Positions 38,836 through 49,061 of a stretch of DNA of 64,000 nt are shown in pieces (the first letter of the stretch is position 1; every line of letters begins with the position of its first letter). Source of the DNA: a virus (taxonomy: Duplodnaviria; Caudoviricetes); IMG/VR virus record IMGVR_UViG_3300043409_001505, positions 1,422 to 65,421 of that record. One strand, 5' to 3'. A program made the translations under genes and the position numbers. Under the pieces are notes generated by a model. The model was not told the origin of the DNA, made no database searches, and saw only the letters and a list, made by a program, of their open reading frames with translations.

Positions 38836-39390
38836 ATGTTCGATTTAAACGAAAAAACAGCAGGTAGTTCAGTATTTAATAACGGAGTAGCAGGTAAAGC
38901 TATAGGAGTAAGTGTGACAGTTGAAAAAAGAAAAGTTGATGAGCCAGATAGTTATCCAGATTATAAATTAGTAGTATCTGATGAATCAGGTGGAATACCA
39001 ATTAATCAAGGATTTTATATTAATTCAGAAGATGATGAAAAACGTCAACAAATGACTTATCAACGAGTTAAATCTATTGCAGATGCAGTAGTTCCTGAAG
39101 ACTTTGTATATCCTGAAGTAAATGGGTATATAGACGCAATTAATACTTTGTTTAAAGTTATTAAAGAAAATTGTGATGGTAAAAAAGTAGATGTTTTCGT
39201 AACTTACGGATACACTGCAAAACCATCTAAATACTTAGGTTTAAGAATGTTTAATTTCATTCAAAAACAAAATGCTAGTTTTGATAGATTAAAACCAAGT
39301 AATACAGATGTTTTAGAACGTCCTGAAGCAGATGCCCCAAAAGTAGATGGTATAGGTACAGTTCCAAAACCTTCTGCAGATATTTGGTAA
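38836..39390 (+). CDS. Probable ssDNA-binding protein
   Basis: Follows the Sak4-like gene; flexible tail ending ADIW. Confidence 0.5.
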   Translation: MFDLNEKTAGSSVFNNGVAGKAIGVSVTVEKRKVDEPDSYPDYKLVVSDESGGIPINQGFYINSEDDEKRQQMTYQRVKSIADAVVPEDFVYPEVNGYIDAINTLFKVIKENCDGKKVDVFVTYGYTAKPSKYLGLRMFNFIQKQNASFDRLKPSNTDVLERPEADAPKVDGIGTVPKPSADIW

Positions 39391-39416
39391 AATAAATTAG
39401 AGATTTAATCTCTGGT

Positions 39417-39557
39417 GGTTGAGTGGTGGAACGGACTGGGTTTTTCTCAGTCGATGGTAGACACTAAAGCGAAATTAAAGTCGAGGAACTCTTTTTAAGA
39501 GGATAAAGTTAAGAATGGTAGACGATTCTTGTAGGTTCGAATCCTACCTCAACCTCA
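39417..39557 (+). tRNA. Hyper-expanded tRNA-like RNA (141 nt)
   Basis: Acceptor GGTTGAG/CTCAACC, T arm GTAGG-TTCGAAT-CCTAC, Leu-type D arm GTGGAA...TGGTAGACAC interrupted by a hairpin, ~66-nt anticodon/variable region. Confidence 0.65.
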
Positions 39558-39692
39558 ATATTAATTAAAATTAAAAATTATGAATATAGATGAAATTTTA
39601 AAAGAAATTAACGATGCTGTAAAAGAATTAAATGAAGAAGGAATTGAATGTAGTTTTGATAATCAAATAATTATTACTAAAATTTAAAAAGT

Positions 39693-39947
39693 ATGAAAGA
39701 AATTATATATATTGTAATGTATAATAATTGTGACTGTTTGCGGATCGATAAAGTATTTAAAAATAAAAAATCAGCAGAAGATTATATTTTAGATAAATGT
39801 ATTGAGTTATATGAAGGTTCTCCTGAAAAATGGAATAAAATTATTGAAGAAGGTGGAAAATATGCACAATCTAATAAAGATGGTTTAGTTGAAGAATTTA
39901 AATTAGGTTTAACAAGATATGAAATTGAAGAGCATTTTATATTTTAA
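39693..39947 (+). CDS. Hypothetical protein
   Basis: 84 aa ORF. Confidence 0.65.
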   Translation: MKEIIYIVMYNNCDCLRIDKVFKNKKSAEDYILDKCIELYEGSPEKWNKIIEEGGKYAQSNKDGLVEEFKLGLTRYEIEEHFIF

Positions 39948-39958
39948 ATTAAAAAATT

Positions 39959-40540
39959 ATGAAAAATTTATATTTCGCTTATGGTTCTAACATGGGTGTA
40001 GAACAGATGAAAAAAAGATGCCCAGATTCACTATTAATCGGAAAAGGTTTTATAACAAATCATAAACTTTGTTTTCCTCAAATAGCAGTAACTAGAGGTT
40101 TGTTAGGAGTTGCAGGTATTCGAGAAGGAATTGAAACTGATGAAGTTCATGGTTTAATTTACGAACTAACAGATAAAGATTTAGAATTATTACATACTTT
40201 TGAAGGTTATGATAAAGATTCTATATCTAATTCAAGTTATTTTCCTAAACAAGTCAAGTTCCATCTACATGATAATGTTTCAAACACCTATACATTACAA
40301 GATTCGCAAGTTATAATTTATCAATCTAATTTTGATAACGGTGATGATTTTTACGTATCCAGTGATTATTTATTATTAATGATTAAACCTATGATTAAAT
40401 ATGGTTTAGATAGTGACTATATCTTGAAGATAATAGAAAAAGCCAAGGCTAATCCAAAACCTTCTTTGAGAGTTAAGTTGAATAAATTAAGAACTGCGAA
40501 AATATTGACAATTTTGAAAATAATCTTTAATGTAAAATAG
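39959..40540 (+). CDS. Gamma-glutamylcyclotransferase (AIG2/GGCT fold)
   Basis: YFAYGSNM, VHGLIYEL, L..FEG. Confidence 0.85.
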   Translation: MKNLYFAYGSNMGVEQMKKRCPDSLLIGKGFITNHKLCFPQIAVTRGLLGVAGIREGIETDEVHGLIYELTDKDLELLHTFEGYDKDSISNSSYFPKQVKFHLHDNVSNTYTLQDSQVIIYQSNFDNGDDFYVSSDYLLLMIKPMIKYGLDSDYILKIIEKAKANPKPSLRVKLNKLRTAKILTILKIIFNVK

Positions 40541-41566
40541 ATGTTCAATCTAAATGATAATAAACCGTTAATATCTAAGTCTGAAATATTGAAACATTTT
40601 AATGAATTAGAAATATTTCAATATTATATAGATGATAAAGTAATGTTAGGTAAAGCAATATTATCTCCACTAAGACGTGAAAAGAATCCCTCATTTGGCT
40701 TCTTTGTTGGGGAAGGTAATGAAATATGTTTTAATGATTTTAAGCTTGGAAAAGGTGATTTTATACAGTTTATAAGATTAAGAAACGGTTTGACATATTT
40801 TGAAGCTTTAAGTAAAATTGCAAATGATTTCAATCTTCAAGATAATTATGTCTGTAAAAAATATACTAAAGAAGGTGAAGATAAAGCTAAAACTAAAATC
40901 ATTAAGGAAGATGTTTTATCTAAATATACAAAATCTGAATTAGGTAAAAAAGCTAGAGAGTGGCAATCACATGATGTACTGTTTTGGAGACAATTTGGTA
41001 TAGGTAAAGAAACATTAGATTTTTTTAATGTACAACCTATAAGTTTTATATTTATAGGAGATAAATGTTTTCCTGCAGATAAATACGCTTATTGTTTTAT
41101 AGAAACTAAAGATGGAGTTGAAACATATAAAATATATCAACCCTTTAGTGAAAATTATAAATGGATTAATAACCATGATGAATCAGTTTGGCAAGGTTGG
41201 TCTCAATTACCAGAATCTGGAGAAATTTTAATAATCACCAAATCATTAAAAGATGTAATGTCTTTATATGAAGTAGCTAAATTACCAGCAATTTCAATGC
41301 AAGCAGAAAATATGTTACCAAAAAGACATGTGTTTCAACAATTGGAATCTAGGTTTAAAAGTATTGAGTTACTATATGATAACGATTTTGATAAAAATCC
41401 TAATTGGGGTAGAGTATTTGCAGATAAATTTGCTAAAGAATTTGGATTGTTGGATAGTTTCATCCCAGATAAATATCAATCTAAAGATTTTTCAGATTTG
41501 ATTAAAAATTATGGTAAAGAACAAGCAAAACATATATTATTTTACGAAACATTAATACCTTTTTAA
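40541..41566 (+). CDS. DNA primase (DnaG-like Toprim, crAss type)
   Basis: SPLRREKNPSF, ITKSLKDVM, YDND, KDFSD. Confidence 0.85.
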   Translation: MFNLNDNKPLISKSEILKHFNELEIFQYYIDDKVMLGKAILSPLRREKNPSFGFFVGEGNEICFNDFKLGKGDFIQFIRLRNGLTYFEALSKIANDFNLQDNYVCKKYTKEGEDKAKTKIIKEDVLSKYTKSELGKKAREWQSHDVLFWRQFGIGKETLDFFNVQPISFIFIGDKCFPADKYAYCFIETKDGVETYKIYQPFSENYKWINNHDESVWQGWSQLPESGEILIITKSLKDVMSLYEVAKLPAISMQAENMLPKRHVFQQLESRFKSIELLYDNDFDKNPNWGRVFADKFAKEFGLLDSFIPDKYQSKDFSDLIKNYGKEQAKHILFYETLIPF

Positions 41567-41604
41567 AAAAATAAATAAAAATATTAACAAATAAATAAAA
41601 AATT

Positions 41605-41901
41605 ATGAAAAATATAGAATTAACAGAAGAACATAAAGTTGAATTGTTAGAAATGTGTAAAGTATTATTTCCTGAATATGTAATATATCTAGCAGATGAT
41701 GACGGATTTATAGAAGGAGAGCAGTGGGTTGGAGATCAAAATATGGGAGAAGATAGACCTGTAAATGAATTTAATATTCATTGGTTTGAATTTTGTATGA
41801 CTTATTTAATAAATAAATTAGAACTTGAATATACTTCTATTATAGTTTTAACAGAAAATCATCCAGTAGATTATTTATATGAAGAATTTAAAAAGTTATG
41901 A
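41605..41901 (+). CDS. Hypothetical protein
   Basis: IHWFEFC, HPVDYLY motifs. Confidence 0.65.
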   Translation: MKNIELTEEHKVELLEMCKVLFPEYVIYLADDDGFIEGEQWVGDQNMGEDRPVNEFNIHWFEFCMTYLINKLELEYTSIIVLTENHPVDYLYEEFKKL

Positions 41902-42416
41902 GAAATATTAATAAAAGATCTGATGATTATAAAACCAGAGCTGAAAAAAAGAAAGAAAAGAACGAATTAAAAAGACAATCGAAAATGGAAAAAAAATATT
42001 TAGTTGGTTTATATGACGATTATCGTGTAAACGGTAGTTTAAATACATCGTTAATCAGAACATCTTGCAAATTAATTGGAACATTTTCAACGGAACCCAA
42101 TTATGAAATGATAGATATTGACAATGGGGATTCTTGCATTGTTAAAACCGATGGTAACTATTCTATTAAAGTTGAGGTTTGGGAAATACCTGAATCTTAT
42201 GTAGATAAAATTGAAGATGTTTATAATTATTATACATTTTATCAAGAATATCCACAAGATTATAAAAAACAAACTGTTTTAACTCCTTTTGGAGAAGTTA
42301 CAATGTATTTTGCAGATTGTTTAGAGTCTGCAGGAGAGATTGTAATTAGTGGTGATTGGATCGAACATTTAAATTGTAAAAAAGTAAAGAGTAATAAAAA
42401 AGAAAATGTATTATGA
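41898..42416 (+). CDS. Degenerate GGCT-fold paralog
   Basis: Colinear with the next gene (KYLV, GTFSTEP.Y, VEV.E, TP.G, SGDW) but YGSL replaced by YDDY. Confidence 0.7.
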   Translation: MRNINKRSDDYKTRAEKKKEKNELKRQSKMEKKYLVGLYDDYRVNGSLNTSLIRTSCKLIGTFSTEPNYEMIDIDNGDSCIVKTDGNYSIKVEVWEIPESYVDKIEDVYNYYTFYQEYPQDYKKQTVLTPFGEVTMYFADCLESAGEIVISGDWIEHLNCKKVKSNKKENVL

Positions 42417-42820
42417 AAAAATATTTAGTAGCCGTTTATGGAAGCCTTCGTAAATCAATGCACAATTATCAATATTATTTATCAAATTCTGAATATAAAG
42501 GTACGTTTTCAACAGAACCTAAATATACTTTACATTCATTGGGTTCATTTCCAGGTTTAAAAACTAATGGTAATGCTGCTATTGTAATGGAAGTTTATGA
42601 AGTTGATGAACAAACTTTAAATAGGTTAAACCAACTGGAAGGATATTATCCTGAAGAAACTCCAACTTTTTATGATAGAATTGAAATTAATACTCCTTGG
42701 GGTAAAGCTTTTACATATACTTATGTAAACCCTTTATCAAAAGATTCTATTATAGAATCTGGCGATTGGGTTGAATACAAAAATGAGGTTAAATCGTGGT
42801 CAAGTGTAACAAATAATTAA
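42413..42820 (+). CDS. Gamma-glutamylcyclotransferase / GGACT
   Basis: VAVYGSLRK, FPGL, EVYEVD, LNQLEG. Confidence 0.88.
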   Translation: MKKYLVAVYGSLRKSMHNYQYYLSNSEYKGTFSTEPKYTLHSLGSFPGLKTNGNAAIVMEVYEVDEQTLNRLNQLEGYYPEETPTFYDRIEINTPWGKAFTYTYVNPLSKDSIIESGDWVEYKNEVKSWSSVTNN

Positions 42821-42840
42821 AAAAATAAATTAAAAAAAAT

Positions 42841-43536
42841 ATGAATAATATAAAAAAGATCGCAATTGTGGGACATTTCACGGGGGAAAATAGTTTTGGA
42901 ATTTCTAAACCATATTTATTCTTTTGGCAACAATTTGGAGAAGTATCTCTAATTTCACCATTTGAAAAACACGTAAGAGATATAGATTTATTAGTTATGC
43001 CTGGAGGACCTGATGTAGATCCTTATAGATACTTATCTTCTGAAGAAGATACTCATATATTTACAGGTAACCCTTGTATGCAAAAGGAGAGATTTGATAG
43101 ATTTCTGTTACCTAAATATATGGAAGCTAATATACCAATATTTGCTACTTGTAGAGGAATGCAATCAATGTATGTTACATTAGGGGGTAAGCTTAATCAA
43201 CATATGTCACACGAAACTAATCCATCACATGATGGTGCTAAATTGATGCACGGTATTACTTTTGAAAATCAACATCTTGTTCCAGGATTTACAGAAATTA
43301 CACAACATCAACCTGGTGAATATAAAATTAATAGTAGACATCATCAAACTGTAAACGAAGAAACTAAACCTGATATTGTAACTATTTTAGCTAGACACGA
43401 TAAAGATAATGAAATTGAGTTTGCAACAACGTTTCCATTTTATCCATGTCATCTTACCCAGCATCATGTGGAAGACAGTAGAGATCCTGCTACAGTATTC
43501 TTAATCAATCATTTATTAAATTTAAAAAATGAATAA
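42841..43536 (+). CDS. Class I glutamine amidotransferase / peptidase C26
   Basis: PGGPDVDP, TCRGMQ, NSRHHQ, QHHVE. Confidence 0.88.
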   Translation: MNNIKKIAIVGHFTGENSFGISKPYLFFWQQFGEVSLISPFEKHVRDIDLLVMPGGPDVDPYRYLSSEEDTHIFTGNPCMQKERFDRFLLPKYMEANIPIFATCRGMQSMYVTLGGKLNQHMSHETNPSHDGAKLMHGITFENQHLVPGFTEITQHQPGEYKINSRHHQTVNEETKPDIVTILARHDKDNEIEFATTFPFYPCHLTQHHVEDSRDPATVFLINHLLNLKNE

Positions 43537-44060
43537 TGGAAGAACAAGTAATAACATTTGAAACAGCTAAATTAGCTAAAGAAAAAGGTTTTAATATTTT
43601 ATCACATTCTTATTATTTTGAAGACGGTGAATTTAAAGAACACTCTTTAACTGGTACTAATGGATACTACGGAGAAGAGTATGAATTTAATTTATCAGAA
43701 TTTAATGAGAATTGGAATGATAAATGGTTAACAAAAAAATCAGGAGATAGGTGTTTTGGATGCTCTAAAGATAAAGGTTATTTTGAAACTTATTCAGCAC
43801 CAACACAATCATTATTACAAAAATGGTTAAGAGATAATTATAACTGTTTCATTGATATTTTACCACATAGAGACGGTGATTCTAAAAATAAACAATGGAA
43901 AAGTAAAAAAGATGTATTTTGGAGTGTGGAAGTTGATTATTATGGTAAAGATTTTAAAATAGAATTAACAGATGATGCTGATTTTACACAACACTTTAAC
44001 AATAGTTATGAAGAAGCTTTAGAAATAGGTTTGCAAAAAGCATTAAAATTAATAAAATAA
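43536..44060 (+). CDS. Hypothetical protein
   Basis: FETAKLAKEKGF, APTQSLLQKWLR, YEEALE. Confidence 0.7.
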   Translation: MEEQVITFETAKLAKEKGFNILSHSYYFEDGEFKEHSLTGTNGYYGEEYEFNLSEFNENWNDKWLTKKSGDRCFGCSKDKGYFETYSAPTQSLLQKWLRDNYNCFIDILPHRDGDSKNKQWKSKKDVFWSVEVDYYGKDFKIELTDDADFTQHFNNSYEEALEIGLQKALKLIK

Positions 44061-44061
44061 T

Positions 44062-44916
44062 ATGAATAAATTAAAAAAATATAAGTTATTTAGACCTCTG
44101 ATTTTATCACGTCATCCATCACACTCTATTTTAAGAGCTAAAAATCAAACATTACCATTATTACCATTTAGATCTGTAATAAGACTTGGATCGTCAACAA
44201 GAACTGAAGGTAGATTGGAAATTAATACAACAGAAGCAGTTAAAAATTCCGCTTCTAAACTGTTAATGAAACAGAAGTTTACTGAAGCTGGAGTTAAAAC
44301 GGCAAATTGGTTTACATATAATCACGGAGCTTTTAGAAAAGTTTTTAATGATGGAATATTTGATTTACACGGAGATATTATTGGTAAAGAAGAATTACCT
44401 TTTCCATTAGTAGCAAAATCTCATTTTGGAAGTCGTGGAGTTGGTAATACTAAATTTAATAGTAAAGAAGAATTAGAAGCTTGGTTACCAAATAAAAATC
44501 TTAGTAATTATATATTTGAAGAATTTGTTAAAATGACTAGAGAATATAGATTACACGTAACCAAGTTTGGTTGTTTTTATGCTTGTAGAAAATTAGTTAG
44601 AAACGATGCTCCAGAAGGTACTTGGCAACGTCACGACGATGTTTGTAATTGGGTATTAGAGGATAATCCGTCTTTTAAAAAACCTAAAAATTGGGATGAC
44701 ATTGTAACAGACTGTATTAAAGCGAAAGATGCTTTAGGTTTAGACATATGCGCATTTGACGTAGGTGTACAAGGTGCTGTCGATGGAGTTGAAAGAGAAG
44801 TTCCTGAATGGATTATATTTGAAAGTTGTAGTGCACCATCCTTTGGTGAAATTACAGGTCAAAAATATATTGAAATTTTACCAAAATTATTAATTAATAA
44901 ATATAACAATAAATAA
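44062..44916 (+). CDS. ATP-grasp amide ligase
   Basis: SKLLMK, FPLVAK, GSRGVG, EYRLHV, LGLDICAFD, ESCSAP. Confidence 0.85.
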   Translation: MNKLKKYKLFRPLILSRHPSHSILRAKNQTLPLLPFRSVIRLGSSTRTEGRLEINTTEAVKNSASKLLMKQKFTEAGVKTANWFTYNHGAFRKVFNDGIFDLHGDIIGKEELPFPLVAKSHFGSRGVGNTKFNSKEELEAWLPNKNLSNYIFEEFVKMTREYRLHVTKFGCFYACRKLVRNDAPEGTWQRHDDVCNWVLEDNPSFKKPKNWDDIVTDCIKAKDALGLDICAFDVGVQGAVDGVEREVPEWIIFESCSAPSFGEITGQKYIEILPKLLINKYNNK

Positions 44917-44917
44917 T

Positions 44918-45997
44918 ATGCATCCAGATTTAGATAAATATATTAATGAATATGACATTACAAGCTCTACTAACAGACGAGCACTTAGTAAATTTTTACA
45001 AATGGGTATTAATCGTGAAATATACGATTCTATTACAGGTGATACTCATGATGATAAAGTTAACAATATTTATTTATATTTATTAGATAAAGATAAAACA
45101 GTTCTCCCTATAGTAAAGAAACCTTTAAATATTGTAATTGCAGACGATACCTCGTCATTAGAGTATGTTTCATATTTAAACTTATTTTATAACGTAACTG
45201 TTCATAAATCAAAAGAAGTTCTAGATCCAAGAGATATCGATTTAGTATTATTCACTGGTGGAGAGGATGTAGATCCTAAACTATATAATGAGAAAGTTGG
45301 TTCACGTACGCATATTAATGTGAAACGAGATTCTAAAGAGTATGAGGTATTTGCTAGATTTGCAGGATATTCATTTTTACTGGGAATATGTAGAGGATCT
45401 CAATTGTTAACTATCTTAAACGAAGGAAGGTTAATTCAACACGTAGGAGGTCATTGTAAAGATCATACAATAATTGTAAATAAAAGTCAAAGATATAACA
45501 TGACTTCAAGTCATCATCAAATGCTATATCCATTTGATTTAAATGAGGATCGTTATGAATTGATTGCATATTCTGAATTTTTTCAAAGTGACACATACCT
45601 TAATGGGAAAGATGAGGAAATTAAATTACCAAAAAATTTCCTAGAACCTGAAATTGTTTTTTACAATAAATATAATTCTCTATGTATACAAGGACATCCT
45701 GAATGGAACCATTGTGATCCTAGAACAAAGAATATGTGTTTAAATTTAATTGATAAATATTTAACAGAGTTTAATACTGTAAAACATTCAAAATTTAGAA
45801 ATACAAATGATGGTATGGGTATTTATTCAAAAAAGTATGGCACAGTATCACAACCTTTAAAAGTTGATTTTATAAACAACATTGCGTATTCCTCAAACAC
45901 AATTGAAGTTACAGAAAAGTTAGAAATGAATGATGAAGATGAACTTGAAGAAATTTTAAATGAGTATGAAGAAGAGGATTATACAGATTCATTTTAA
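44918..45997 (+). CDS. Class I glutamine amidotransferase / peptidase C26
   Basis: FTGGEDVDP, GICRGSQ, SSHHQ, QGHPE. Confidence 0.88.
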   Translation: MHPDLDKYINEYDITSSTNRRALSKFLQMGINREIYDSITGDTHDDKVNNIYLYLLDKDKTVLPIVKKPLNIVIADDTSSLEYVSYLNLFYNVTVHKSKEVLDPRDIDLVLFTGGEDVDPKLYNEKVGSRTHINVKRDSKEYEVFARFAGYSFLLGICRGSQLLTILNEGRLIQHVGGHCKDHTIIVNKSQRYNMTSSHHQMLYPFDLNEDRYELIAYSEFFQSDTYLNGKDEEIKLPKNFLEPEIVFYNKYNSLCIQGHPEWNHCDPRTKNMCLNLIDKYLTEFNTVKHSKFRNTNDGMGIYSKKYGTVSQPLKVDFINNIAYSSNTIEVTEKLEMNDEDELEEILNEYEEEDYTDSF

Positions 45998-46022
45998 TAA
46001 ATTAAATACAATATAAAAATAT

Positions 46023-46835
46023 ATGAAAATAAATAATATCACTTTAGGCACAGATCCAGAGTTGTTTTTACAAAAAGACAATAAAATTATTTCAGCAATT
46101 GGTAAAATAGGGGGTTCTAAATCGGAACCCCAACCGATTTCAAATGACGGTCATTTTATTCAAGAAGATAATGTTGCAATTGAATATAACATTCCAGCTT
46201 GTAAGACAATTGATGATTGGGTATATCATCATAATTTTGTTAAAGATTATTTAGAAGTGTTAGTTTCAGGAATGGGTTGTACATTAGCAATTCAACCTAT
46301 TGCAACATTAGAAGATTCAGAGTTAAACAACGATATCGCGCGCCTTGCGGGTTGTACCCCTGATTTCGATGTATGGAACGAATGTGTTAATCAACCAGTA
46401 GATTTATCTATTACTAATAAGAGATCAGCAGGAGGTCACATCTCAATAGGTTGGGATGATTTTACACAAGAACAACAATTAGATATAGTTAAAGCTATGG
46501 ATGCTACAGTTGGTTTAGAATCTGTATTATTAGATTCTGATACTGAACGTAAAAAACTTTACGGTAAAGCAGGTTGTTTTAGATTTACCGCTTTTGGTAT
46601 TGAATACAGAAGTTTATCTAATTTCTGGATTAAATCTGACGAGTCTTTAAAATGGGCTTGGAATACTACAATGAAAGCAATTGATTTAGTTAATTCTGGT
46701 AAAATTGAAGAAGTTAAAGAATTAGGTAGTTATATTGTAGAAGCTATTAATACTAATAATATTGGATTAGCTGAAAAATTACTAAATCAAATTAAAATAA
46801 TTACTAATATTAAAACAGAAGTTTTAAATGGATAA
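46023..46835 (+). CDS. phiEco32-like COOH-NH2 ligase type 2
   Basis: LGTDPELF, QEDNVAIEYN, GCTPDF, RSAGGHI, R..LYGKAG.FR, GIEYRSLSNFW. Confidence 0.88.
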   Translation: MKINNITLGTDPELFLQKDNKIISAIGKIGGSKSEPQPISNDGHFIQEDNVAIEYNIPACKTIDDWVYHHNFVKDYLEVLVSGMGCTLAIQPIATLEDSELNNDIARLAGCTPDFDVWNECVNQPVDLSITNKRSAGGHISIGWDDFTQEQQLDIVKAMDATVGLESVLLDSDTERKKLYGKAGCFRFTAFGIEYRSLSNFWIKSDESLKWAWNTTMKAIDLVNSGKIEEVKELGSYIVEAINTNNIGLAEKLLNQIKIITNIKTEVLNG

Positions 46836-47127
46836 TTTAGAAATTCCAATGTTATTAAAAAGATGTTTGACTTATGGTATAATAATATCCCCATATCAAT
46901 TAGATACGGTATTAAATGAATATAAAAATAGAGAAATTCCAGATAATATATTATCTAAATTAAATAAAATTGATTTAGAAAAATATGTAAAAGGGTTATG
47001 GTTATGTGGTCAAGAAATGTCAAGAGATTGGTCAAAAGGTTATGATCTTTTAAAAGAATTAGGATTTGAAGAAGTAAAAAGAACAATAGGTCATAGATCA
47101 TTTATGAGCTTAATATTTAAAAAATAA
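46828..47127 (+). CDS. Hypothetical protein
   Basis: 99 aa ORF. Confidence 0.6.
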   Translation: MDNLEIPMLLKRCLTYGIIISPYQLDTVLNEYKNREIPDNILSKLNKIDLEKYVKGLWLCGQEMSRDWSKGYDLLKELGFEEVKRTIGHRSFMSLIFKK

Positions 47128-47134
47128 ATTAAAA

Positions 47135-49060
47135 ATGGTAAAAATAATTCTAATATTAGCATTATTACAATATATAAGTAACTTTCTATTTGGTTATAAA
47201 TCAAATATGTTAGTTTGTGGAATTTTTGGACAATCAACAAATAAACCTGAAAACTTAGATGTCAACGGTGTTCATATTTTAGGTATTTATAATATTGAAC
47301 GTGGTAAAATGTCTTGTGGATTATCTTGGGACGGTGACATTCAATATGGGATAGGTATTGATAAATTATATTCAGATTTTATAATAAATAGAGAAATCAA
47401 ACCTACTAGAATACCAATTATGATTGGACATACTAGGCAACCTAGTTGGGGTTTTACAGTAACAGAGGACAATGCTCATCCGTTTGGGTTCGGTACCAGT
47501 AACGATGGTGAAGGTTACGAAATGATTTTTTGCCATAATGGTACATTAAAGAATCATAAAGAATTGGCTGAAAAGTATAATATTGAATTAACTGAAAAAG
47601 TTATGAAAGTTCATACAAACTGTAGGTATGAAGTAACTCGTGATAAAATCGATAGTGAGATATTAGGTGAAATATTATATAAGACAAAAACATTTCATGT
47701 ATTAAGTGATTATATTGGTGCAGCAGCTCTAGCTTGGACTTGGATCGATGAACCAAATAAACTATATTTATGGTCTGGTGCGTCTAAAATAACAAAAGGG
47801 TCGCTTAATCCTAATGAAACTGAAGAAAGACCTATGCACGTTTATTGTAAAGATAAAAATACGATGTTTTTCTCATCGTTAAAAAACAGTTTAGTTGTTT
47901 TAGGTGCAGATGTTAGAAGTAATACTCAAATAGACCCTAATACAGTTTATATCATTACAGATGGTGATTTTGAAAATGCTGAAAAGCATAAGGTTAGTAG
48001 AAAAAACGCTGGTCAAAGTGAAGAAACCATTTGGACTAATTCTTCAAAAAATAATAACCATTACAATGGTCGCGTTTTTGATGAATACGATGGAGATTAC
48101 TGTGATTTACCTTTTTCATCTAAACAAAAAACCAATTTTACTACTACATCAAAAACACAATCTAAAACTACAGATTTTGTTTATAATGTAGAATCAGATA
48201 AACCATTAAAAACACTGGCGGAATATGAAGGTAAAGTTTATAGTAAAGGTTTACGTTTTTATAAAAATAATGAATTAATTACAGGGATATACTTGTATAT
48301 AAAAACTTGGGGATTTTTTTTCGCAGGTAAAACACAGCCTGAAGCGGTTGCGTATTTTGAATCGATAAAAAATACCAACTTTAATACTTATAGAGGTGAA
48401 TTTGGGAGTTTTTTTAAATCAAGTTTTATCCCATTTACAGATAAAGACAACGAAGTTCAATTTCATTATTTCAAAACAGGAGTGATGTTGAAAAGTTTAC
48501 TAGATTATGTCCACGTTTTAGATTTTAACACTTCTGAAAAAGGTATTAATTCATATTTAGAGCTTCAAGTTTTATCACATATATCAAAGCACCCAATAAT
48601 AAACATGGATTCATCAGTACGTAACCCTCTTGTACGATTAGAAGATAAACCTTTTACAGGAAGTGTTTCAGAATTGGGATTTGAAAAAGTGTATACTTTT
48701 AACAACGGTAATTTAGTCAAATGGTCTAAAAGAGCTGACTTGTTAGAAATCTCTAAACAAGTTCCACCTGTAATAACATTACCTGCAACTACTGAAAAGA
48801 AAGTTCCTGAGAAAGATTTGTTTACTGAAGTTGTTTTAGATACTATAACAGATGAATATATAATAGAAGACAATTTAGATGATGATTTTATTTCGGGATA
48901 TATTTCAGAAATATTTGAGAAACATTCTGAAGACATTTCAGAAACCATTATTGAATTTTCTGAGTATAAAGACCACAAATTAATCAAAGAGGCTTTAGAA
49001 ACATTAAACTTAATCGATCGCTCCTTAGCGGAGTTTGTTGAAAAACCTAATAAAAAATAA
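47135..49060 (+). CDS. Class II (Ntn) glutamine amidotransferase with long C-terminal extension
   Basis: CGIFG, ERG..SCG, GHTR, NAHPF, HNGTL.N, DSE. Confidence 0.85.
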   Translation: MVKIILILALLQYISNFLFGYKSNMLVCGIFGQSTNKPENLDVNGVHILGIYNIERGKMSCGLSWDGDIQYGIGIDKLYSDFIINREIKPTRIPIMIGHTRQPSWGFTVTEDNAHPFGFGTSNDGEGYEMIFCHNGTLKNHKELAEKYNIELTEKVMKVHTNCRYEVTRDKIDSEILGEILYKTKTFHVLSDYIGAAALAWTWIDEPNKLYLWSGASKITKGSLNPNETEERPMHVYCKDKNTMFFSSLKNSLVVLGADVRSNTQIDPNTVYIITDGDFENAEKHKVSRKNAGQSEETIWTNSSKNNNHYNGRVFDEYDGDYCDLPFSSKQKTNFTTTSKTQSKTTDFVYNVESDKPLKTLAEYEGKVYSKGLRFYKNNELITGIYLYIKTWGFFFAGKTQPEAVAYFESIKNTNFNTYRGEFGSFFKSSFIPFTDKDNEVQFHYFKTGVMLKSLLDYVHVLDFNTSEKGINSYLELQVLSHISKHPIINMDSSVRNPLVRLEDKPFTGSVSELGFEKVYTFNNGNLVKWSKRADLLEISKQVPPVITLPATTEKKVPEKDLFTEVVLDTITDEYIIEDNLDDDFISGYISEIFEKHSEDISETIIEFSEYKDHKLIKEALETLNLIDRSLAEFVEKPNKK

Positions 49061-49061
49061 A

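Noticed and set aside
39417-39557. tmRNA or intron-containing tRNA-Leu
   Set aside because: Too short; no tag ORF, no G3-U70 pair, no group I core.
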